NCBI GenBank assembly: GCA_038230375.1 | Contig: JBBRNJ010000011.1 | Location: 73,819 to 137,818 of the forward strand | Direction: 5' to 3' | Origin: Polyangiales bacterium | Lineage (GTDB): Bacteria; Myxococcota_A; Polyangia; Polyangiales; Polyangiaceae | Length of the DNA: 64,000 nt | Shown: positions 54,001-64,000 of the stretch, in pieces | How positions within the stretch are numbered: the first letter of the stretch is position 1 | How the letters are laid out: each line of letters begins with the position of its first letter | The notes under the pieces: generated by a model | What the model saw: the letters and a program-made list of their open reading frames with translations, nothing else | What the model was told of the DNA's origin: nothing | The model's database searches: none | Made by a program: the position numbers and the translations under genes

Positions 54001-54834
54001 TCAGGGAAGCGCGGCCGTGAGAGTCTTTTCCGCGACGCCCGGGGGCGTGACGAACAGCTGCACGGCCATCTGATCCTTCGGGCCCTGGAAGTAGTCCAGG
54101 CGCACAGTGTGGACGCCCGCGACGAGGTGGGCGGCGCCCTTGACGTCGGCCGGTGCGTGGATGCCGTCGTTGTCGATGATCAGCGTGTCGTCGATGTAGA
54201 ACTTCGCGCCGTCGTCGGAGAGGACGCGGAAGTAGTAGTCGTCTTCCTTCGTCACGTTGACACTGTTGTAGTACTCGATGCCGAACCACTCCGTCCGCGC
54301 GTCCACGCCCGGGAAGCCGTCGTTGAAGCCGCGCGGCGAGACGTTGATCTCCTTCGTGTAGAAGGACGCAGTGGGCTTCATCGTCGTGAAGTCGGGGAGC
54401 TTGGTTGACGTGGCCGGAATGAAGTACACGACGCCGTGCCAGCTGCCCGGGAGGTTCTGATCGTTGCCGAGCGCGTTCTGGCCGTGGATGACCGGCGCGC
54501 CGGACGGATCGACAGCGGGAGCGGCAGACGGAGCCGCTGTGGGCGCTCCAGTCGGCGGGGGGGTGGGCGTGACGCCGGGAGTGCCTGCAGGCGCAACGCC
54601 GCCGGCAAAGCGGCCACCTAGCCGCGAGGGCATGCCGCGACCGGTTGCCGGGCCCTTCGGGCGGAGCGTGGGGATCGGCGCCGTCGCAGAGCGTGGGGCG
54701 GTGGCTGGCTTCGGTGCTGCCGTCACGGCCGGAGGCGGCGCGGCCTTGGCGGGCTCCTCGGTGCCGGCGTGAAACTCACACGCGATACCCAACGACACGA
54801 CACCCATCGCCAAGAGACCAAGCTTTTTCATCAC
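54001..54834 (-). CDS. PA14-domain lipoprotein with Pro/Ala-rich linker
   Basis: Lipobox GIAC; GFPG...EWFGIEY, LSDDGAKFYID...DNDGIH, RLDYFQGP. Confidence 0.85.
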   Translation of the reverse strand: MMKKLGLLAMGVVSLGIACEFHAGTEEPAKAAPPPAVTAAPKPATAPRSATAPIPTLRPKGPATGRGMPSRLGGRFAGGVAPAGTPGVTPTPPPTGAPTAAPSAAPAVDPSGAPVIHGQNALGNDQNLPGSWHGVVYFIPATSTKLPDFTTMKPTASFYTKEINVSPRGFNDGFPGVDARTEWFGIEYYNSVNVTKEDDYYFRVLSDDGAKFYIDDTLIIDNDGIHAPADVKGAAHLVAGVHTVRLDYFQGPKDQMAVQLFVTPPGVAEKTLTAALP

Positions 54835-54907
54835 ACATCCTCCGAATTGGAACGAAGCGGGAACCTACACCGATTTTCGACGTATCACCCCGCGATTCGA
54901 TGCACTT

Positions 54908-55630
54908 TCAGTCAAAATCCTCGATTTTCCAGAGGCCTCGCTCCCGCAAGAGCTGGAGCGTGCCGGCGCCGTAGGCCAGTGTGGCGTGGTCGCCGGTCTC
55001 CTCGATCTGGGCGGTGGGCAGCGCCTGCTTGAGCGCGGCGAGCACCGCGGAGATCTCGTCCTTGTCGTGCCCCTCCCACGCGGCGCGGAGCTTCTGCGGG
55101 TCCAGGCCCTCCTTGTGAGAGTCCGGCACGTAGCGAAGAATCACGTCGTACCGCTTGCGCTCGAGCGCGCGCACGAACCCGAGCACGGCGTGCCGCGGCG
55201 TGTCCTGCGCATAGAAATCGATCGACGCGAGATCGACCTTCCATCTGCCGTTCTCGAGCACGAGCTCGAGCTCCTCGCCGTGAGGGCCGGTGAGCGTGGC
55301 GGTGACGACGGGCGCACCGGCGGGGCGTGCAAGCGCGCGGCCGATCTCCTTCACCTCTTCGGGGTTGTCCTTCACCATGCGGCGAAACGCCTCGAGCGAC
55401 ATGCCGCGCCGGGCCTCGTCCGAGAGGAGCCGGTAGGCGTCGTCGGCGCGACCGTCGGAGAGGGCCTTCGCGTAGCCGCGGAGCACTGCCTCCGGATCCT
55501 CGGCGCGCGCGCCACCGCAACCGATGGCGAGGACACACAGCGCGGCGCTGGCAGCGAGAAGGCATGCCCTACGGGCCCGAGCCGCGGAGAATCTGGAAGG
55601 CCGCACGGGTACGTAGCTACCACGGTTCAC
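54908..55630 (-). CDS. Hypothetical lipoprotein with two NTF2/DUF4878-like repeats
   Basis: Lipobox AIGC; two repeats each ending L..E.G.WK(V/I). Confidence 0.7.
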   Translation of the reverse strand: MNRGSYVPVRPSRFSAARARRACLLAASAALCVLAIGCGGARAEDPEAVLRGYAKALSDGRADDAYRLLSDEARRGMSLEAFRRMVKDNPEEVKEIGRALARPAGAPVVTATLTGPHGEELELVLENGRWKVDLASIDFYAQDTPRHAVLGFVRALERKRYDVILRYVPDSHKEGLDPQKLRAAWEGHDKDEISAVLAALKQALPTAQIEETGDHATLAYGAGTLQLLRERGLWKIEDFD

Positions 55631-55725
55631 CAGACGCTTGCCACCGTCACGAGGCGCGCTCCTCCAGGCCGTCCGTGCGCAGACGCATCACGCAATGTTT
55701 CTGAAAAAGCGCTACGTTGCGGCCC

Positions 55726-58100
<2,375 letters not shown>

Positions 58101-58104
<4 letters not shown>

Positions 58105-60389
58105 GCGGAGCTACCACGTTGGCCGCTCGGTTCGGCAGGGTCGCGTCGCTCGTGCCCACGCGTGCTGGCAGGGTCACGGTGGGTGCAGGATTCGTGTATT
58201 CTGCAGCTATCGGCTTCCTGCCCCTCTTCGGCACCGTAGGCTACGAGCAGTCTCTCGCCGCGGGCCTCTTCCTCCCCGCCGCAGCTGCGATCTGGACGGC
58301 GCTCGACGTGTCGGCAGACAAGGAGATCTCCCCTGGTGATGCGGTCACGCGCGGCATCGCGAACGGAGCGGTGCTGGGCGTGCTCGCGCTCGTCGTGTCG
58401 GCCCTGCACACGTTGCGCGGCGGCGCGTGCGATCCGTGGGGTGGCGTCTGGTACTACCTGCTGACTGCATTCGCCGGCATCGTGATGGGGGGCGTGTGGG
58501 GCGCGCTGTCCGCCGAGGTCGCGCGTCGCGTCCGTCGGCGTCGCACGGTGGCGTGGATCCTGGCCATCGGCGGGCCGCTCGGCTCCGCGGCGATGAGCGT
58601 GTGGCGCTTCCGCAGCTCCCCCATGATCTTCGCGTACGACTCCTTCGTCGGCTACTTCAGCGGCACCCTCTACGACACCATCATCGAGCCTGGGCAGGCG
58701 CTCACGACCTATCGCGTCGGCTCGCTCGCCTCCGTGACGGCGGTGATCGCGCTGGCAACGTGCCTCGAGCGCCGCGGTCGCACGTACGCGCTCCGTCCGA
58801 ACACGCGTGCGCGTCAGGCGCTCTTCGGCGTGGCGGCCGCGGTGAGCCTCTTCATCACGGCCCGTGGAGAAGCGCTGGGCCATCACGCAACGTCGGAGTC
58901 GATCGAGGAGACACTGGGCGCGCGCAAGAGCGGTACGCGATGCGACGTGGTCTATCCGAGCACCGTGTCCGAGCGCGACGCGGCGCTGCTCCTGCGCGAC
59001 TGCGAGGAGGACCTTGCCGATGTAGAAGAGGCGCTCGGCGCGCGCGGGCCAGAGAAGATCACCGCGATCTTCTTCCGTGACCCCGCGCAGAAGCGCGTGC
59101 TGATGGGTGCAGAGCACACGTACATCGCCAAGCCGTGGCGCAAGGAGGTCTACCTCCAGCTGTCGCAATATCCGCATCCGGTGCTCGCGCACGAGCTCGC
59201 GCACGTGGTCGCGGGAAGCTTTGGCAGCGGGCCCTTTCACGTTGCTGGCGGACTCATCCCGAACCCCGGGCTCATCGAGGGCGTGGCGGTCGCCGCCGCT
59301 CCGGACGACGACGTGCTCTCCGACGACGAATGGGCGCGCGCCATGAAGGACGCGAAGATCCTGCCGCCCATGCGCACGATCTTCTCGCTCGCCTTCCTGA
59401 GCGGGTCGTCCGCGAAGAGCTACACGCTCGCGGGATCGTTCGTGCGGTTCATGATGACGGCGCACGGCAAGGACAAGGTCCGCGCGTGGTACGGGGGCGC
59501 GGACATCTCCGCGCTCACCGGGAAATCTTGGGATGAGCTCGAGGCGGAGTATCTGCGCTTCCTCGACACACTGACGCTGCGCCCGGAGGCCGTGAAGGTG
59601 GCAGAGGCGCGTTTTGGAAGGCCTGGGCTGTTCGGGCGAACGTGTCCCCACGTGGTGGACGAGCTGCGCCGCGACGCGGACCAGTGCCGCGACTCCCATG
59701 ATTTCGGGCGCGCTCGCAAGCTCTACGACGCAGCGCTCGCGCGCGACGCGATGGATCTTGGCACCCGCTACGCAAAGGCGCAGATGCTCGCGCGCTGGGT
59801 GAAGGAGGAGGAGGGGCGCCCACAGCTGGTCGCGCTCGCCGACGACGAGAAGGTCCCGTCGTCCTACCGCGACAGGGCAGAGGAGGCGCTCGGCGACATC
59901 GATCTGCTTCGCGGTCGCCCGGAAGCCGCCATGCATTACGAGCGGGCCCACGCGCGCTCACTGGACGAGGATTTCTTGCGCACGCTGGAGGTGAAGTCAC
60001 TCGCGTCCAGCGATCCGGATCTCCGCACGCAGGTCCTGGCCATGCTCGTTGGTGACGATGCACACACGCCGGACCCGTTCGTGTTCGGCGTGGAGCTCGC
60101 GCGAGGGGAATCGCGCAAGGAGTCGCCGCTGGGGCACTACCTCATGGCACGGCAGATGTCGTCGCGCGGTCGCCACGAGGACGCTCTCCACGAGCTCGAC
60201 GTTGCGAGGACGAAGGGAGCTTACCCGCTCGCGACCGTGACGAGAGAGGCGCTGCGTCTGGAGGCAGTGAGCGCGTGCGTGCTTTCGGACCGACCGCGCA
60301 TCGATGCGCTCAAGGTGTCGGTCGCGGCCGCGCTCTCCGGAGGCCGCAAGGAGAGCGTGCTGCGCCTTCTTGGTCGCTGCGCGCGGTGA
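58101..60389 (+). CDS. Membrane protein: N-terminal TM bundle + gluzincin-like HEXXH peptidase + TPR-like helices
   Basis: About 6-7 TM helices, HELAH...[16 protein letters not shown] overlaps the lon TGA. Confidence 0.7.
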
Positions 60390-60390
60390 C

Positions 60391-61575
60391 CTATCGTGGA
60401 AACGGCCCCGGCCGCGCGAAGAAATAGCCCTGGAAGAGATCGCAGCCAAGGGCAAGCAGCGCATCGAGCTCGTCCTTTGTCTCCACTCCCTCTGCGACGA
60501 GCTCGATCTTCATGTCGCGGCACAGCTCCACCATCGCGCTCACCACGCGCTGCTTGGTGCCGCGCTCGTGGATGTTGCGAATGAGCGCCATGTCCAGCTT
60601 CACCACGTCCGGCTCGAGCGCCGTCAAGGTGTTCAGGTTCGCGTAACCGGCGCCGATGTCGTCGAGCGCGATGTGATAGCCGAGCGCACGCAGCGAGGAG
60701 ATCTTCTTGTCAACGTCGGGGACCGACTCGATCGAGCCGCGCTCCGTGATCTCCAGCACCACGCGCGGCGCCAGGAGAGACAGCGGCGCGACCGCATCGT
60801 AGAGCGTCGTGTCCTCCAGGTCGTTCACGTGCAAGTTCACGAAGAGCCGGGTTCCGTCCGTGAGCGCCTCCGCCACCGCGAGCACGTGGCCGCGGATGAT
60901 GCGACCTAGCGACTGCACCTGGCCGAAGCGCTCCGCCTCCGAGAACAGGTCGCCGGGGTTGCGCAGCCGTGTGTCCGTGCTGCGCGCGAGCGCCTCGTAC
61001 CCGATAGGCTGGTGAAGACGCCAGGAAACGATGGGCTGATAGACCATGTAGACGCCACCGAACGCGCGTTCCAGGTCCACCATGCGCTCCGATCTTGTGG
61101 CCTCCTCTTCGTCGTGGTGGCTCGCGATCTCCGTTGCACGGCGCTGCCTTCGCGCCGCGCGCCCGGCCGTCATCGCGTCGTCGGCAGCGCGGAGGAGGTC
61201 CGGCATGCTCACGGGTTTCACGAGGTAGCGAAGCGCGCCCTCCTCCAGCGCCCGTGCCGCCGTCTCGATCGTGGCGGTCGCGGTGAGCACCACGAAGGGG
61301 ATGTCCCGGTCCTTCCTGCGCACTTCAGCGAGCAGCTCGGCGCCGCTCGTCCCTCGCATCGCGATCTCGCTGATGATGGCGTCGAAGCCGATGTCGTCGA
61401 GCGCACGCAGCGCCGTCTCTGCGTCCGGAGCGCATTCGACCTCGTACCCGCGCGCGAGCAAGAAGCGCCGGTACGCGAAGGCGAGCCGGTCCTCGTCATC
61501 GACGATGAGGATGCGGCCCAGGCGAGGAGCGACCACGGGGCGCGCTGCACCCGGGCAGGGTAATGAAGGGGTCAC
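60391..61575 (-). CDS. Response-regulator receiver + EAL c-di-GMP phosphodiesterase
   Basis: ILIVDD, YLVKP; YQPIV, EALAR, EITE, DDIGAGY, KLD, AEGVE, QGYFFARP. Confidence 0.9.
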   Translation of the reverse strand: MTPSLPCPGAARPVVAPRLGRILIVDDEDRLAFAYRRFLLARGYEVECAPDAETALRALDDIGFDAIISEIAMRGTSGAELLAEVRRKDRDIPFVVLTATATIETAARALEEGALRYLVKPVSMPDLLRAADDAMTAGRAARRQRRATEIASHHDEEEATRSERMVDLERAFGGVYMVYQPIVSWRLHQPIGYEALARSTDTRLRNPGDLFSEAERFGQVQSLGRIIRGHVLAVAEALTDGTRLFVNLHVNDLEDTTLYDAVAPLSLLAPRVVLEITERGSIESVPDVDKKISSLRALGYHIALDDIGAGYANLNTLTALEPDVVKLDMALIRNIHERGTKQRVVSAMVELCRDMKIELVAEGVETKDELDALLALGCDLFQGYFFARPGPFPR

Positions 61576-61618
61576 GCACCACTGAACGGATCCGTGGGTG
61601 CGAGCTTGAGCGAAAGTG

Positions 61619-62491
61619 TCAGCCCTTTGACGTGGGTGCTGCGTCGGACGCGCCGACGGGGCGTACGTGCTTCTCGAGCGTGGACAGACGCTGCAGGACC
61701 TCCGAGTTCATGCGATCGAGCTTCTCGTGCATGTGCTGGATCTGCAGCTCGGCCTTCAGGTTGACCTCGTACTCGATGTCGTTCTGCACCTTGTCGTGCG
61801 AGGCCTGCCTGTTGGAGCTGAAGAGGAGCAGCGTGCTCAGGATGATCGCCTCGAGCGAGACCACCATGGTGAGCAGACCGAACGGGAACGGATCGAAATT
61901 GCCGAACGGCAGCACGTGGACGTTCGTGATGATCCAGAAGAAGAAGATGAAGATGTGGAGGATCAGGAACTCGATGCTGCCGGAGAACGTGGCCACGCCG
62001 TCCGCCACGCGCATGATCAGGTTGCGCTTGTCTTCCACCGCGTCGTTGACGTTGCGCGTGGCCTGGTTGCGCAGGAGCAGCGCGGTCGCGCGGAGGCGAC
62101 GTCCCGTTGCAGACAGCAGGTCCATGGCGGCAGCGGGCTTCACGCGAAAGAGCTCGTCGAGGTCAGCGCGATCGATGAGGAGCGCCTCGCCCGCCTTCAC
62201 GACCACCGCGGATGCAGTGCGCGGGCCGGCGTCGAGCAAGGAGATCTCTCCGAAGAAGTCGCCGGGGCCGTTGTGCTCGAGCGTGACGCGCTCGCCGGTC
62301 TTGTTCTTCACGAAGACCTCGACGGCGCCGGACATGAGCACGTACATGCTGTCGCCCGGGTCTCCGTACGAGAACATCGTCTGACCCTCTTCGAGCTGCA
62401 CGACCTCGATATGGGTGGCCAGCGCCTCGCGCTCCGCCTCGTCCAGCAGCGAGAAGATCGGGATGTTCGCAAGTGCATCGACTTTCGACAT
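61619..62491 (-). CDS. cNMP-binding domain + DUF1003 membrane protein
   Basis: GDPGDSMY, FGEISLLD..PRTAS; FDPFPFGLL..SLEAIILS..SNRQ; ATG at 62491. Confidence 0.88.
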   Translation of the reverse strand: MSKVDALANIPIFSLLDEAEREALATHIEVVQLEEGQTMFSYGDPGDSMYVLMSGAVEVFVKNKTGERVTLEHNGPGDFFGEISLLDAGPRTASAVVVKAGEALLIDRADLDELFRVKPAAAMDLLSATGRRLRATALLLRNQATRNVNDAVEDKRNLIMRVADGVATFSGSIEFLILHIFIFFFWIITNVHVLPFGNFDPFPFGLLTMVVSLEAIILSTLLLFSSNRQASHDKVQNDIEYEVNLKAELQIQHMHEKLDRMNSEVLQRLSTLEKHVRPVGASDAAPTSKG

Positions 62492-62834
62492 GGCGGGCAC
62501 CGTTAGCATGAGGGGTGTGGGTCGGAGCGTTGCTGAAGCCTCCGCAAGGAAGGCAGCCGGGCATCGTCGAGCACCGTTGACTGTGCATGCGTTCAGTATC
62601 AAAGTCGAGGGGTGCGGCTACCTCGAAGTGCCTGGCCCAATTCACTCGCGCTGTTCATTCGCGAGACCATCCTGCCCTCCGCGCGCGCGCGTGGACTGCG
62701 TGGACGCGTCGCCGTCTTCGAGGTGCAGGAGGGACGTCGCGGAGAGTTCCTGATCGTCCTCACCATCGCGAGCGAGACAGCGGTCGGCGTGAAGCTCCGA
62801 GGGCGCCGATGAGCGCGCGTCCGTTCGGCGCCGC

Positions 62835-63965
62835 TCAGCGTGACGCGGGCGGGAAGCGCACTTGCGCTGCGAAGACGGTGTCCAGACCGCCTGCATCGAA
62901 GCCGCCGCCGGTCACATACAGGAAGCTTCCTCCTACGACCGCGGACAGGCTCGTGCGTCCTGCGGGCATGTCCACGAGCTTCGCCCACGACGCGATCGCA
63001 CCGGCTGCATCCATCTGCCCCACGAACACCGACGGGCTTCCGTTGGCCGAGAAGATCTCGCTCTTGCCACCCACCGCAAACACAAACGAGTCCACGGCGG
63101 CCGCCGCACCGAATGACGTGGGCTGCGGCAGCGGCGCGACCGCGAACGGCGCCCCCGCCTTGCCCGCGGTGACCTGCGCGCCCATGCCGGTGGCCACCAC
63201 CTGGTTGGCTCCGCCATCGACCGGCGCGTTGTAGCCGCCCAGCACGTACACGAACGGCTGCGCGAATGCATAGGCGGGATGCCCACGGAAGCCCTGTAAA
63301 AAGCGCTGCTCCGTGAATGCACCAAGGGCGCCTGCGTCGTCCAGTGGCGCAGTGATGAGGCTCACGCCGTCGCCCTCTGCGGTGGTGCGCGAGAACATCG
63401 TGTAGAGCGTTCCGTCGGCCACGTTGCCGGTGGAGTAGAGGACGCGCACGCCGCTCGGTAGCGAAGACATGGGCGCGAACGCGGACAGCGTGCCGTCATC
63501 CGCGAGGGTCGCCACCTGCGGCTTGCCTTCGTACGGAGACGTCGCCCCTGCCGTGGCCGTGGCGTAGATGCCGTCCAGGAGCACGATGCTGCTGCCGCTG
63601 GCCACCGCGGTGCACGAGTTCACGGCCGCGGGCGTCGTGCCAGCCTTGATCCACGGGCCGAGCGAACCATCCGCGGCGATCTTCGCCACGTCGACCTCGT
63701 CGATGTCCTTGAATGCCATCGCGCCCTTCGGCTTGTAGTTGCCGCCGATCACCACCAGGTATCCGTTCGCGACCACGGAGCAGTGGTTCGCGCGCGGCAC
63801 TGGAAGCGGCGCAAGCGCCTGCCACGCACCCATCTGCCCATTCGCTACGGGTACCGGTGCGGGCGCGGGTGTGGCGGTGGAAGAGGAGCTGCAACCAGCG
63901 CCGATCGCAAACAGCGCGGAGGATGCGAGAGCAAGTGAAGCGGCGAGGAGAGCCTTGTGCAGCAT
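62835..63965 (-). CDS. Kelch-repeat beta-propeller lipoprotein
   Basis: Lipobox GAGC; repeats with (Y/F)(V/L).(V/I/L)GG and W...(L/M)P..R; ATG at 63965. Confidence 0.82.
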   Translation of the reverse strand: MLHKALLAASLALASSALFAIGAGCSSSSTATPAPAPVPVANGQMGAWQALAPLPVPRANHCSVVANGYLVVIGGNYKPKGAMAFKDIDEVDVAKIAADGSLGPWIKAGTTPAAVNSCTAVASGSSIVLLDGIYATATAGATSPYEGKPQVATLADDGTLSAFAPMSSLPSGVRVLYSTGNVADGTLYTMFSRTTAEGDGVSLITAPLDDAGALGAFTEQRFLQGFRGHPAYAFAQPFVYVLGGYNAPVDGGANQVVATGMGAQVTAGKAGAPFAVAPLPQPTSFGAAAAVDSFVFAVGGKSEIFSANGSPSVFVGQMDAAGAIASWAKLVDMPAGRTSLSAVVGGSFLYVTGGGFDAGGLDTVFAAQVRFPPASR

Positions 63966-64000
63966 GGGATCAGGGCCTGGTAGCAAACAATTTGCCTTCA

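Noticed and set aside
62612..62812. 66-aa ORF between the DUF1003 and Kelch genes
   Set aside because: No motif, weak start context; could be real but is unsupported.

Overview
High-GC chromosomal segment whose gene content (many Cys-rich lipoproteins, PAS kinases, REC-EAL, TPR proteins, sigma54-type promoters) points to a myxobacterium, probably Polyangiales-like; this taxonomy is inferred. It holds about 55 CDSs and one tRNA-Leu(TAA). Housekeeping or recognisable genes: yjbQ, a calB-type aldehyde dehydrogenase, glpD, an EmrAB-type efflux pair with TetR and LysR regulators, a membrane-anchored MutS-like ATPase, moaA/B/D/E/C, epmA, pgsA, D-cysteine desulfhydrase, a biotin carrier, hutH, MscS plus two cation:proton antiporters, an M1 aminopeptidase, a RavA-like ATPase, tsaB and lon. 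No CRISPR array, integrase, intact transposase or prophage was seen. The best candidate for an undescribed system is a translationally coupled operon at 31574-40648 (-). It encodes an outer-membrane beta-barrel, two paralogous ~1150-aa Pla-1/VolA-like serine-hydrolase lipoproteins and an orphan lasso-B2/transglutaminase-like Cys protease. A third member of the lipase family, carrying Cys-rich repeats, lies at 19343-21778. Notable non-coding structure: a 145-nt rod-like hairpin with a GAGA tetraloop, a 66-bp dispersed repeat resembling an interrupted tRNA 3' half, a relay of three MRPLA* mini-ORFs, a (GAGGTC)15 tract, and candidate LexA, FadR and sigma54 sites. There is also a decayed AHH-toxin/Imm11 cassette. 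All functional calls come from motif recognition by eye, not from database searches.
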